Virus record (IMG/VR): IMGVR_UViG_3300042896_000947
Location: 46,159-110,158 of that record
Length of the DNA stretch: 64,000 nt
Reading direction: 5' to 3' (one strand)
Source: a virus
Lineage: Duplodnaviria; Heunggongvirae; Uroviricota; Caudoviricetes
Position 1 is the first letter of the stretch. Every line of letters starts with the position of its first letter. A program made the position numbers and the translations under genes. The notes beneath the pieces were generated by a model. It was not told where the DNA came from, ran no database searches, and was given only the letters and a program-made list of their open reading frames with translations. Of this stretch, positions 45,866-55,565 are shown in pieces.

Positions 45866-46096
45866 TCAGCCAGCGATCAGGCTGCGCAGCTTCAAGGCCA
45901 CGACATCGGCGCGGCCCGCTTCGGCACGCGCTTCGTTGGCGCGGGTGGTCATCGAGAACGCCTCGGTCTGCAAGTCCTCGGCCTTGGCAATCTCACGCTC
46001 ACGCACGATTTCCAGGTCGGTGATGTTTTGGCTGAACGCCGTCAGAATGTCGTTGACCGACTTCTTGGCGGGGGCGGGGTTGAAAAACTTGAACAT
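45866..46096 (-). CDS. Hypothetical small protein (76 aa)
   Basis: Preceded by a promoter-like unit: TTGACA, TATAAT and palindrome AGTCA-gttg-TGACT (46121-46134). Confidence 0.4.
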   Translation of the reverse strand: MFKFFNPAPAKKSVNDILTAFSQNITDLEIVREREIAKAEDLQTEAFSMTTRANEARAEAGRADVVALKLRSLIAG

Positions 46097-46158
46097 GATT
46101 CTCCAGGAAGAGTTTTAAATAGTCAGTTGTGACTGATTTTATTATAGTCAGACAAGTG

Positions 46159-47076
46159 TCAAGGCTGCGCGAATTCAAGCTCCAGCAGCTTGCGGTTTTG
46201 CACCCAGCCCTTGAAGTTGCCGTGTGCGGACGACTGCTCATAGCCGGTAAAGCCGTCGGTGTCTTCATGCCACTCGTCGGGCGTAGCCTGGTGCTCGACA
46301 GGCGAGGCATGTAGCGGCACCGAGCCGACCAGCCGCTCGTACAGCGCCAGGTCCTTGGCCACGTCAGGCTGCTCGTTGTCGTGGGTGAGGTAGGACACCC
46401 GGGCGCAGCGCGCCGCCGACAGCTTGCGGCACAGCGCGTCGATCATTGCGTCGGTCCAGACCTGCATGCCGTCCGGCCCGCCGCGCAGGTAGGTTTGCAC
46501 CGGCCCGAACGCCGATGTGTCTGCCGCCGTGACGTAGGGTAGGTGCCACTGGCAGGGTAGAAGCGCCTCGGGCGTTGACCCGTTCATGGCCGCCAGCATA
46601 ACGCGGGCCAGCGCACGAATCTCGGGCTGCGCGTCCGGGTGGTTGCGCAATTCGAAGAAGTTGGCGAACTCGGTGGCCGTGACGACAACATGAATGTGCT
46701 GAAACGGCTCCAGGATGCGGTTGGCCACCTGCTTGTGCGCGCCGTGCCGGTTCATTTCTTCTGCAATGTCAGCCGCCGCGCGTGCGGCCTGCAGCCAGTT
46801 GGTCTTGGTCAGCGACAGCTGCGGCTCATCCAGTTGCTGATGCGCCTGCATGCCCGGCTGGTTGGCACCCCAATGCAGCGGCGCGGCAGGGTTGGTTCGC
46901 ACCTGCTCGATCATCTTGGCCACAGGGATGGCTCGCGAGCTGCTGGCGTTGCGGCTGAAGACGCGGTGCGTCATGAACTCGGCGTGGATGAAGCGCGGGT
47001 ACACCAGTTGCAGCGTCGTGAGGCGCACTCCGCGCGGACTGACGGAGTCGGCGATGATTTTGGCACTGATGGTCAT
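46159..47076 (-). CDS. thyX: Flavin-dependent thymidylate synthase ThyX
   Basis: ThyX signature RHRxxxxxxxS within ..EFMTHRVFSRNASSSRAIP... 305 aa. Confidence 0.8.
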   Translation of the reverse strand: MTISAKIIADSVSPRGVRLTTLQLVYPRFIHAEFMTHRVFSRNASSSRAIPVAKMIEQVRTNPAAPLHWGANQPGMQAHQQLDEPQLSLTKTNWLQAARAAADIAEEMNRHGAHKQVANRILEPFQHIHVVVTATEFANFFELRNHPDAQPEIRALARVMLAAMNGSTPEALLPCQWHLPYVTAADTSAFGPVQTYLRGGPDGMQVWTDAMIDALCRKLSAARCARVSYLTHDNEQPDVAKDLALYERLVGSVPLHASPVEHQATPDEWHEDTDGFTGYEQSSAHGNFKGWVQNRKLLELEFAQP

Positions 47077-47079
47077 GGC

Positions 47080-47583
47080 TTAGCCTCGCTGCATGGTGCG
47101 GGTCGATGGGCCGCCGACAGGCTTGACGCTGACGGGGTTGGCTTTTGCGGCAATGGCGGCGGTCACGCCGGCGCCGACCACTTCAAGGCGCTTGAACTCC
47201 AGAAACTGCTCGGTGGACTTGCCCTCCTTGTCCATCTCGGCCTGCACGAAGTAGTAGACGCAGCCGTTCATGAAGATCACCCGGCGCGTGGCGATGCCGA
47301 CGAACTTGGTGATGATGTCGCGGACCTTTTCGCCCAGCGTGATGCTGTCGCCGCTTGATGCCGGGGTGACGCGCGCCGCAATGCCTTCGTCGATGTAGTC
47401 CAGCTGCTGCAGATCGTGGCTGACCGGCTCGTAGACGCCGCCACCGTCGCCCTCTTTGGCCATGATCTGAATGCCGAACTGCACGTTGCCCGTGAGGAAC
47501 TCGGTGCGGGTGACGGTCAGGCCCTCGATGCCGGTGGTGATTTCGCGGACCTTGTGGCCCAGCTTGATTGCTTTGGTGGTCAT
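47080..47583 (-). CDS. Hypothetical protein (167 aa)
   Basis: Start MTTKAIKLGHKV. Coupled to thyX. Confidence 0.45.
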   Translation of the reverse strand: MTTKAIKLGHKVREITTGIEGLTVTRTEFLTGNVQFGIQIMAKEGDGGGVYEPVSHDLQQLDYIDEGIAARVTPASSGDSITLGEKVRDIITKFVGIATRRVIFMNGCVYYFVQAEMDKEGKSTEQFLEFKRLEVVGAGVTAAIAAKANPVSVKPVGGPSTRTMQRG

Positions 47584-47677
47584 GACTTCCTGATGTAAGG
47601 GCGGGCACATTGCCCGCCCGATGGTTAAATTGTAGGGGAGCGGTTCAGGATTGAACCATTCACCCGTGACTTACTTG

Positions 47678-49228
47678 TCAGCTGGCAGCCAGGTTGGCGC
47701 GCACCTGGGCCAGCGTCATGTCGCGCATCAGCCGGCCGTTGTAGAACACATCCTCCAGCGCCCCGCCCGCCTCTTGCGCGAAGTCCTGCTGGTCGTACAG
47801 GACGAAGTCGCTGCCCTCTTTCTCCACCCGCAGCAGGCCCTTGGCCGACTTCTTCACGCCGCCCGTGTCGGTCGCCGGGTCTTTGAAGAGTTCGCGCCCG
47901 ACGCCGTCCACCACCGCGTAGGTCGCCTTCATCGCCATGCCCAGTGTGTCCCGGGTGATCAACTGGTAGGTGTAGCTGCCGATGCCGAAGACCACGTTGC
48001 CGGCGCTGAATCCCTTGGTCATCAGGCGCTGCAGGATCTCGCACTGACGCTCCAGGGTGATCGAGTCGCCGTAGATCAGGCCGACGCGCTCGTTCAGCGT
48101 CTTGTAGCCTTTGTCGGTGACGGTGCCGCCGAAGATGTCGTACAGGCACTGCACGGCGCCCTTGCGCTCGCTGGCGCTGATGGTCTCGCCCGTGGCGATC
48201 ACCGTGAACTGGCCGCTCCAGGAGACCTGCAGTTCGTCTTCGGCGTAGCCGCACAGAATGCGCACCGGGTCGCCGCTGTCGGGCCGGAACACCACCTTGG
48301 CCTGACCCAGCGCGTTTGGCGTGCGGTTGAGAATTTCCCTCATCAGGCTGCGGGCCGTCTCGGTGATCACGTTCCAGAAGTCCCAGGTGTCCGAGACCAC
48401 GCTGACGATGCCGCCCGGGTACACGTCCTGAATGATGCGCCGGATCGTCTCGCGCTCGTCGTCCGCGCCGCCCGCGCACATCACGGCATGCTCGGTCGCA
48501 GGCACGCTGCCGCCGATCAGTTCAAGGTTCGCATCGGCGCCGTAGTAGTTCTCCAGGAAGTCGATGGCCGAGACGGTGTCGGTGCCAAAGTTGCTCAGCA
48601 GGTGGCCGGCCGAGGCGCTGGAGGCATCATGCACGCCGGACATGCCGCGCATCGAGAAATCATGGCACTGCCAGGCGGCCAGCTCGGGCGACGAGCCGGT
48701 GAGCGCGACGTAGTGGTCGAGCTGGCGGCGGTACTCGTAGGCGATGGTCGCCACCGTGGTGGGCTTCCAGACCTCGTTGGACAGCACGGTCTCGATGTAG
48801 TTGACGAGCCAGAAGAAATCGGGGTGGGTGTTTTGCACCGTGAGAAACGGCACCTTCATGTTCACCCGGCTGCCCTCGGGCAGCGCCTTGATCAGCAGGG
48901 GCAGGTAGCCCAAGTCGTGCAGCGCCTCGATGCGGTGCACCGGCACGCTGCCCTCGCCCAGGCTGGTGTCCATGCGGCGCTTGTACGCGGCGACCACCCG
49001 GGCCTTGGGCTGCTCGAAGAACTCGCGGTTCCAGGTGTCGATCAGGAACCACTTGACGAAGCCCTGCAGGCCGAACCAGACCGCCTTGTTGTCAAACAGC
49101 GCTGACACCTTGGCGTGCGCGGCGCTGCGCGGGGTGAAGTTGGAGCAAACGAAGCGGGTGCCGGGCGGGTACTGCTCGGGGTGGCCGGACTTGTAAAAGT
49201 CGATGGCCGTGAGGGGGTTGATTTTCAT
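47678..49228 (-). CDS. nadV: Nicotinamide phosphoribosyltransferase (NAMPT/NadV family)
   Basis: 516 aa with ..GSVPATEHAVM.. and ..SDTWDFW.. regions characteristic of the NAMPT/PncB-like family. Length typical of NadV. Confidence 0.75.
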   Translation of the reverse strand: MKINPLTAIDFYKSGHPEQYPPGTRFVCSNFTPRSAAHAKVSALFDNKAVWFGLQGFVKWFLIDTWNREFFEQPKARVVAAYKRRMDTSLGEGSVPVHRIEALHDLGYLPLLIKALPEGSRVNMKVPFLTVQNTHPDFFWLVNYIETVLSNEVWKPTTVATIAYEYRRQLDHYVALTGSSPELAAWQCHDFSMRGMSGVHDASSASAGHLLSNFGTDTVSAIDFLENYYGADANLELIGGSVPATEHAVMCAGGADDERETIRRIIQDVYPGGIVSVVSDTWDFWNVITETARSLMREILNRTPNALGQAKVVFRPDSGDPVRILCGYAEDELQVSWSGQFTVIATGETISASERKGAVQCLYDIFGGTVTDKGYKTLNERVGLIYGDSITLERQCEILQRLMTKGFSAGNVVFGIGSYTYQLITRDTLGMAMKATYAVVDGVGRELFKDPATDTGGVKKSAKGLLRVEKEGSDFVLYDQQDFAQEAGGALEDVFYNGRLMRDMTLAQVRANLAAS

Positions 49229-49243
49229 GAGTGCTCCAGGTGG

Positions 49244-50080
49244 TTAAAGGACAATCAACAGCGGGTCTTTGCGCTGATGCAGGCCGACCCCGACGAGGTT
49301 GGCCACATAAATGGCGTCGAAGTGAAGGTCCAGCGCCATGCAGCCGGCCGAGAAGATGCCGTGCGAGACGTACAGGAAAATCTTGCCCGTAGTGAGCTTG
49401 CGCAGCTCCTTGGCCAGCTCGATGAAGGTGCGGCCGCCATCGCAAATGTCGTCCAGGATCAAGAAGTCGCGGTCGCCGACCGGCTCCGAATACACCACGG
49501 TGCCGGTGATCTTGCCGGTCAGCGGGTCGCGCGTCTTGTCCGCGCGCACCACGTCGGCAAAGCCGTACTCTTTGGCAAAGGCCAGCACCTTCTTGTTCGC
49601 CCCAGCGTCGGGCGACACCAGAATGGCGCCGCGCTGGGCCTCGGCGACCGTTCGGGCGGCCGTGAGCAGGCTGATGTGCGTCAGGTTGTCGATCAAGGCC
49701 GCGCCCACGTCGGAGTGAATGTCAGTGCAGGTCACGCGGCTGTAGCCCTGGCTGTTGATCAGGTCGGCCACCACCTTGACGGAGAGCGACTCGCCCGGGT
49801 TGCACACGCGATCTTGGCGCGCATACGGCAGGTAGTGCATGGTGAGCGACAACTCGACCGGCTCACTGGTGCGCCCGCCGTAGTGCCGGCGCACGGCATC
49901 GGTGAGCAGCAGCAGGTCGATCAGGTCGCCGTTGTCCTTGAAGTCCATGGTGATGTTAGCCACGATGGCCTTGCCGCCCGGGAAGATTTCAGGCGGGTTG
50001 ACCAGCCGCACCAGCGACTCGCCGCCGGGGAAGCCGGTGATGGCGACTTTGACTTCGCCGTTGTGAACGAACAGTTTCAT
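49244..50080 (-). CDS. prs: Ribose-phosphate pyrophosphokinase (PRPP synthetase)
   Basis: Start MKLFVHNGEV (RBS AAGGAG). PRPP-binding loop ..ILDDICDGGRT... Confidence 0.75.
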   Translation of the reverse strand: MKLFVHNGEVKVAITGFPGGESLVRLVNPPEIFPGGKAIVANITMDFKDNGDLIDLLLLTDAVRRHYGGRTSEPVELSLTMHYLPYARQDRVCNPGESLSVKVVADLINSQGYSRVTCTDIHSDVGAALIDNLTHISLLTAARTVAEAQRGAILVSPDAGANKKVLAFAKEYGFADVVRADKTRDPLTGKITGTVVYSEPVGDRDFLILDDICDGGRTFIELAKELRKLTTGKIFLYVSHGIFSAGCMALDLHFDAIYVANLVGVGLHQRKDPLLIVL

Positions 50081-50307
50081 AAAGCTCCTTGCGTTGATAA
50101 AAAGCTGATGGCGGCCGAGAGCCCCCAACCCGACGCCAGTGCGACCGCCTTGACGGCGGCATTCTTTGCGCTTGACCATCAATGAGATGCTCCATCCTTT
50201 CGTGAACGGAACCTAGAGTTGTTCAGTAGCCTACTGCTCTATGCACTTACGTTTATGCAAGCACCTCATTGATGGCCCCGGCGTACCGGGGCATGTCGCC
50301 TAGGCGA

Positions 50308-50541
50308 TCAGTTGTTGGGGTCGTTCAGGAAGGCGATCAAGCCCTCTTTGTCGGTCGGCACATTGACCTCGACCGACTCGATGTCCTTGCGCTTAGCGCC
50401 GGCTTCTATGAACACCTTGCGGGCTGCGGCGGCATCAGCTTGCGAGCCAACGTACTTGCGGCGGAACGTGAGCGAGCCGCTCTCACTCTCACTCTCTTTG
50501 ATGTCTTTGATGATGACGGCGGAGATTCTGTAAAGGCGCAT
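50308..50541 (-). CDS. Hypothetical small protein (77 aa)
   Basis: Flanked by 23-bp direct repeats TGATGGCCCCGGCGTACCGGGGC (50270-50292 and 50760-50782). Confidence 0.45.
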   Translation of the reverse strand: MRLYRISAVIIKDIKESESESGSLTFRRKYVGSQADAAAARKVFIEAGAKRKDIESVEVNVPTDKEGLIAFLNDPNN

Positions 50542-50892
50542 TGGTTCTTTCAGTGGTTAAGGAAACGAATTGACGGCTGGCCTGCTCACATGAAGCAGTG
50601 TTCAACAAAGGAACCCACTGCGGCGCTGACCCGCAGCACAGTCCAGCCATCAGAAAAGTGAGCTGGCCCGGGTGTTATGCAGTTCGCGGCGTGCGCTCGT
50701 CAAAAAGCGCCGTGTCGATCAGCAGACTTACAAACCCAGCTCACTTATCTGATGGCCCCGGCGTACCGGGGCGCTGTCCTAGCTCTTGACGATCCGCTCG
50801 ATGCGCCGGCCCGACCAGACGCCGGCCGCAAAGATCACGATGCCGATCACCAGGATGACGATGTTGGTCAGGGTTTCGAGCGAGACCATGGC

Positions 50893-51354
50893 TTAGACCA
50901 TCGTCATTTCTTCGGCTTCGGGGCCGAGTTCAGCGAGAATGTCGTCGATGGAGCAGGCGCTGGCCACCGGCGCGGCAGCAGCTTCCTTAACGACCGGCAC
51001 ATCGGCGGTTGCCGTGGGTTCTGCGGTGACCTTGGCGGCCGCAGCGCGTGACTGGCGCGGGGCGCGCATCAGCACGTCCTGGGCGAACGCGGCGAGAATG
51101 TCTGCCTTGTGGGCCAGCAGGAAGATCGGAAGGTCTTCTGCGTAGATCACGGTGCTGCCGCGCTCGTCTTCGGTCACGCCCGGGTTGGCGCTGGTCACCA
51201 GCGCGAAGTCAGCCAGCGCGGCCTTGATCTTGAGGTCGCGGGTGTAGTCGGTGGCTTTTTTCAGGCTTTCGTGGGTTGAGCCGTCAGGGGCCAGGAAGCC
51301 GGTGAAGCGGCGAATGTCTGCGGTGGCGTTGTTTTTGATCTTTGGCTTGGTCAT
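50893..51354 (-). CDS. Hypothetical protein (153 aa)
   Basis: Start MTKPKIKNN. Cassette-type leader CGACAATTGATTTGTCGAAACC..GAAAGCAGACC-ATG. Confidence 0.45.
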   Translation of the reverse strand: MTKPKIKNNATADIRRFTGFLAPDGSTHESLKKATDYTRDLKIKAALADFALVTSANPGVTEDERGSTVIYAEDLPIFLLAHKADILAAFAQDVLMRAPRQSRAAAAKVTAEPTATADVPVVKEAAAAPVASACSIDDILAELGPEAEEMTMV

Positions 51355-51471
51355 GGTCTGCTTTCGCGGTGGGTAAAAAATTGGTTTCGACAAATCAATT
51401 GTCGGGAGGGTTGCTCGGCGGTGGTAGCGCAGTTGACAACGGGGCCGAAGCCCCGCTGCATCATTTCATCT

Positions 51472-51485
51472 AGTCACTTGTGACT
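51472..51485. promoter_or_regulatory. Palindrome AGTCA-cttg-TGACT directly followed (on the coding strand) by TATAATAAATC
   Basis: Seen directly. Same unit at 52283-52309, 54690-54714, 46121-46150, 44618-44641, 60299-60324 and 61419-61443. Confidence 0.6.
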
Positions 51486-51514
51486 GATTTATTATAGTCA
51501 GGGAAAGCTGGCGC

Positions 51515-52120
51515 TCAGTCGGCCCAGATTTTCTCCAGGCGGTTGAGTGCGGCGATCATCTGAACCTGCGTGACGGTGCTGGCCTCCAGCGCAGCGAGCA
51601 GGCGCTCGGTAAATGAAGGCTTTTCGATGCCCGGCTCCGGAGCAGCCGCAGCTTTGGCCGTCTCGATGGCGGCAGCCGCTTCTTCTCTCGCCCGAAGCTC
51701 TTCCTTTGCCTCAATTTCTTGCTGCCTGACTGTCTCTGCAAGCTGCTCGGCGTTCAGCTGTGCGACCAGCTCCCGGGCGCCGGAGACATTGTTCAAGCGA
51801 ACGGATTGCTGGCGCAGTTGCGCAGGGGTGAGCGCCAGGTTCTTTGGCACATCCAGCAGACGGTCGCGCAACCACTGCCGGGGCAAGAATTCCATCAAGG
51901 TCATGTTGTTCGGATTGACATGGCACGGCGCGTAACGCCCGCTGTCATGCCCCGATGCGCTGCTCATCACGCGGCACGATTCGATTTCGCTGGCGTGCAT
52001 CAGGTTGCGAACGCGGAGGTATTCATCAGGGCCGAGAACCGCCTTGATGTCGGTGAGCGAAACGTAGCCAGGGGGCACGTCGTTGGTATGGTGAACGATG
52101 TGGCAAGGCAATTTTTTCAT
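51515..52120 (-). CDS. Hypothetical protein (201 aa)
   Basis: Start MKKLPCHIVHH (RBS AGGAAAG). Coiled-coil C-terminus. Confidence 0.45.
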   Translation of the reverse strand: MKKLPCHIVHHTNDVPPGYVSLTDIKAVLGPDEYLRVRNLMHASEIESCRVMSSASGHDSGRYAPCHVNPNNMTLMEFLPRQWLRDRLLDVPKNLALTPAQLRQQSVRLNNVSGARELVAQLNAEQLAETVRQQEIEAKEELRAREEAAAAIETAKAAAAPEPGIEKPSFTERLLAALEASTVTQVQMIAALNRLEKIWAD

Positions 52121-52324
52121 GGGTTGCTTTCCTGAGACTAAAAATTTGTTTTTCACTGACGAGTCAGCGGCTGGGTGGCTGGGTTCGTGCCCCGGATGCA
52201 AGTCGCTTGCGACGGCTGATATCCGGGGTGCGTTCCACAGATTGATGGGCGGGAGCGTGAACTCCGCCCATTCAATTTTTGTAGTCATTTCTGACTGATT
52301 TTATTATAGGGAGCGCAGTTCGGC

Positions 52325-54658
52325 TTATGCTGCTTTTTCTTCTTCCTGGAAGTCGATTGGGCACCCACCTGCCCCGCAATCCACATGCTCAAAGCCGATC
52401 TCTTCCTTCATCGAGTCGTCGGTGATGGCTGCCACGATGGCACGGAACTCGTCGGGCGTGACTGGCGTCTCGGGCAGGTACTCGTAGGCCGAGGTGTCAC
52501 CCGCCGGCATCACCGAGCAGCACTTCACCGTGGACTGGCCGTCGAGCAGCGTGCGGCGGAACTCTTCAAAGGAGACCACCTTCATGTCCAGCTTGAGCGT
52601 GTAGCTGACCTGATTGCCGTAGCTGTGGCGGCCGACGCCTTCCTGGTAGCCGTCGATCCAGTATTTCTCCAGCAGCTGCAGAAAGCGGTACTGCTCCTGG
52701 GGCGTAGCCTCGGGCGCCGTCACCAGGCGCTCGCCCATGCCGAGCTTGCAGATTTCCGGGATGGTCGGGAAGCCGACGATGGTCGTGCCGCTGTAGGTCT
52801 TGAGTTCCTTGACCGGGTAGCCGTTGGCGCGGTACTGCTCGATCAGCGGATCGTCGCTGCGGAACTGGACCCAGCGCAGGTACTCGCCCATCGCCGGCAG
52901 GTGAACGCCTTCGCTGAGTGAATACAGTTTGCTGATCGTGCCGCTGGGCTTGACCGTGGTGACTGTGTGTGGAATGGCCACGCCGAGTTTGGTCGCGTAA
53001 GCAATCGCCTCGGCCACACAGGCGTTAGAGAACCGGCTCATGGTCTGCCAGAAGTCGAGGGACTTTTCCTCGTTCACGATGTCCTTCCAGCAGTAGCCAA
53101 AGCGCGCCCAGGCATACTCATGCAGCCCGGTCGGCCCCACGCCGATGCGGTTGGTGCGATCCACTTCCTTCTGGTACAGCGCGTTCATGGTGTTGGTGCG
53201 AATCAGGGCGCGCACGGCGGTTCGGAAGGCATCCTCGGCGCTGTCATCCCAGGCGCGGGCGGTGCGCTCCAGCTCTTCAAAGGAGCGGTGGGTCGAGCCC
53301 ATCCAGGTGCCGTTGCGAACGCTCGGGTCAAAGCGACCCGCATGGTACGGGGCCACGTCGGCGATCAGGCAGTACGCCCCCACCAGCGCCAGCGAAATCT
53401 CGCCGCACGGGTTGGTGATCTGCTGAAAGCGCTTGGTGGCGAACACCTTGGCCAGCGCGGCGGTCATGCGCTTGGTGCCTTCGTCGAGCTGGAAGCGGTC
53501 AGAGGCGGCGTAGTCGCCGTCGAACAGGACTTCGACGCCCTCGTTCTTTTGCGTCAGGCGCTCGACGTTGATCAGGCCGGGCTCGCCTGTGCCGTCGTGG
53601 TAGCTCGATGCGCAGATGGCCTCGAAGACTTCCTTGGCATGCTCAGCCAGCGCCACGGTTGCGCCGCTTTCGGTCGCCTGGATGTCCTTGATGTCGGCCT
53701 TGACCAGCTTCCAGAACTCTTCATCGACGGTCACGGAGTTGTTGGAACTCCAGAGCACGCCGCCCTTCTTGACGGAGATGAACTCAAAGACCGTGCTATC
53801 GCGCCAGCTCTTTGTCGCCATGCGGGCCGCACGCCGCGCACCGCCCACCAGCACGCACTCGGCGGCGTAGTGGTCGGCGTGCATGGCGGCCTTCCAGGGC
53901 GCCAGGCCGCTGCCCTTGATGGTCGCGATGGACTTGATCGCCGTCATGATCGGGCCGGGGCCGGATGCGGGGCGGTTTTGCATGCCGCCGATGGGCTGAC
54001 CCCGGGCGCGCACCTTGCTGAAGTCCAGCAGCAGCACCTTGTCGGCGTGGCGGCCTTCCCAGGCCATGAACTCGATCTGCTCGACCGCCTTGGCCCAGCC
54101 TTCGCGGGAGTCGGGCACTTCAAAGACGACGGTGTTCATGGCGCTTTGCGGCAGCACCACGTCCACGAACTCGGCGCCGATCTCGCCCGACAGCACGTCC
54201 GGGTGGTCAGCGCGAACGACCGGCACGACATGGGGCATGTGCGCGCTCCAGTCCACCAGCATCATGTCGTCGTCGTAGCTGCGGCCCACGCCCGAGCCGT
54301 TAAGCAGCAGGTAAAACAAGATGAAGGTGCTGGCCGAGGTCGAGCAGTTGGAGTACACCTCGATGTTGCGGCCCGGCTGGGTCTCGTCGCCGTGCTGCAG
54401 GTGGCGGCCGGACATCAGCACCGAGGCTTGGCGCAGGTGCTTGTGCAGGATTTCAAACTCATGGCCCGAGTCTTCGGGGCGCAGCATGGAGTTGCCGAGG
54501 GCGACGCGGTAGGCCACGTCACCCCAGGATTCAAGGCTGCCGTCGGGCTTTTTCCTCAGAATCGTTCGAGCCGCCACCGCCTCGCCAATACCTTTGGCGA
54601 GGGGGCGAGCTGGTGTTTCCCAGCTTGTTTTTGGCATGATTGCAGATACGGAGTTCAT
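52325..54658 (-). CDS. nrdJ: Class II (adenosylcobalamin-dependent) ribonucleotide reductase NrdJ
   Basis: 777 aa monomeric RNR. Active-site motif ..ITNPCGEISL... Confidence 0.8.
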   Translation of the reverse strand: MNSVSAIMPKTSWETPARPLAKGIGEAVAARTILRKKPDGSLESWGDVAYRVALGNSMLRPEDSGHEFEILHKHLRQASVLMSGRHLQHGDETQPGRNIEVYSNCSTSASTFILFYLLLNGSGVGRSYDDDMMLVDWSAHMPHVVPVVRADHPDVLSGEIGAEFVDVVLPQSAMNTVVFEVPDSREGWAKAVEQIEFMAWEGRHADKVLLLDFSKVRARGQPIGGMQNRPASGPGPIMTAIKSIATIKGSGLAPWKAAMHADHYAAECVLVGGARRAARMATKSWRDSTVFEFISVKKGGVLWSSNNSVTVDEEFWKLVKADIKDIQATESGATVALAEHAKEVFEAICASSYHDGTGEPGLINVERLTQKNEGVEVLFDGDYAASDRFQLDEGTKRMTAALAKVFATKRFQQITNPCGEISLALVGAYCLIADVAPYHAGRFDPSVRNGTWMGSTHRSFEELERTARAWDDSAEDAFRTAVRALIRTNTMNALYQKEVDRTNRIGVGPTGLHEYAWARFGYCWKDIVNEEKSLDFWQTMSRFSNACVAEAIAYATKLGVAIPHTVTTVKPSGTISKLYSLSEGVHLPAMGEYLRWVQFRSDDPLIEQYRANGYPVKELKTYSGTTIVGFPTIPEICKLGMGERLVTAPEATPQEQYRFLQLLEKYWIDGYQEGVGRHSYGNQVSYTLKLDMKVVSFEEFRRTLLDGQSTVKCCSVMPAGDTSAYEYLPETPVTPDEFRAIVAAITDDSMKEEIGFEHVDCGAGGCPIDFQEEEKAA

Positions 54659-54741
54659 TATTTCCTAGTGGTTAAAAGTAAGGGAGCGCGATTTTATTAT
54701 AGTCAGGGGTGACTGACCATATAAGCCCGAAAGCTAGGCGC

Positions 54742-54987
54742 TTACCAGATTCCAGGCGAGGCTGACGGGGTTGCCGAGGTGTCAGTGGGTGGTGGGGCGG
54801 GTTCGGCTGGCACCGGGTTGGTGTCGCTCAGCCAGATAGGGTGCTGGGTGTTCTCGCGACTTCCGAACAACAGCTTTTTAAGCTGCTCCATCTGGCTATC
54901 GTCCACCATCAGCTCCAAGTGAACTGCGACGAAGTTGCCCTTCGACTGTGCCTTCGCCACGTTGACCCAGGCAGCCGCCGTGGTCAT
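54742..54987 (-). CDS. Hypothetical protein (81 aa)
   Basis: Start MTTAAAWVNV, ATGA overlap with the RuvC stop. The Arg-rich N-terminal extension is rejected. Confidence 0.4.
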   Translation of the reverse strand: MTTAAAWVNVAKAQSKGNFVAVHLELMVDDSQMEQLKKLLFGSRENTQHPIWLSDTNPVPAEPAPPPTDTSATPSASPGIW

Positions 54988-55565
54988 GCCGCGCGCATCG
55001 CGGTCATCATCGCCACGGCTTGACTGAACTGCGCCGTCAGCAGCCCGGCGGCCACCGCTGCGCAGGCGTCGGCCATGTGTTCGTTCTCTAGCAGCAGCGA
55101 CACCTCGCCCTTGACCTTGCGGGTCTTCCAGCCGGCGTCGGGCCAGGACGCCACCGCCCACTGGATGATGGCGTCCTTGCTGGCGTTCTTGTTCCCGGTG
55201 CTGGCGATCTTGACCTCCATGGGCGAGACCTCGATCAGCGGCAGCGTCAGGCTGGCCAGCACCCCGCAGCAGATGCCGTTGGAGAAGGCACCCCGGGCCG
55301 ACTGACAGCCACCCGGGACTTCGGCCACGGCGATGTTGGGCTTGTGGATCAGCACCACGCGCCTGATTTCCTCGACGATGATGCGGGCGCGGCTCAGGTC
55401 GTCGGAGCTTTTGCGCACCACCTTGCCTTCCTTGCCCTTGTCGGTCTTGGCCAGCTCGACATGCGTGATGCGCAGCTTGCCGGTGACGAGGTCGTAGTCG
55501 GCGATGGCAAGGCCGGTGTTCCGAAGCGCTGGGTCAATCCCGATGATTCGGATGGTCTGGTTCAT
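54984..55565 (-). CDS. ruvC: RuvC-like Holliday junction resolvase
   Basis: N-terminus ..IRIIGIDPALRNTGLAIAD.. is the RuvC catalytic motif. 193 aa. Confidence 0.75.
   Translation of the reverse strand: MNQTIRIIGIDPALRNTGLAIADYDLVTGKLRITHVELAKTDKGKEGKVVRKSSDDLSRARIIVEEIRRVVLIHKPNIAVAEVPGGCQSARGAFSNGICCGVLASLTLPLIEVSPMEVKIASTGNKNASKDAIIQWAVASWPDAGWKTRKVKGEVSLLLENEHMADACAAVAAGLLTAQFSQAVAMMTAMRAA

Noticed and set aside
54742-55161. N-terminal 58-aa Arg-rich extension of the 81-aa gene
   Set aside because: The extension overlaps the RuvC coding region in another frame. An internal ATG with ATGA coupling to the RuvC stop gives a cleaner model.
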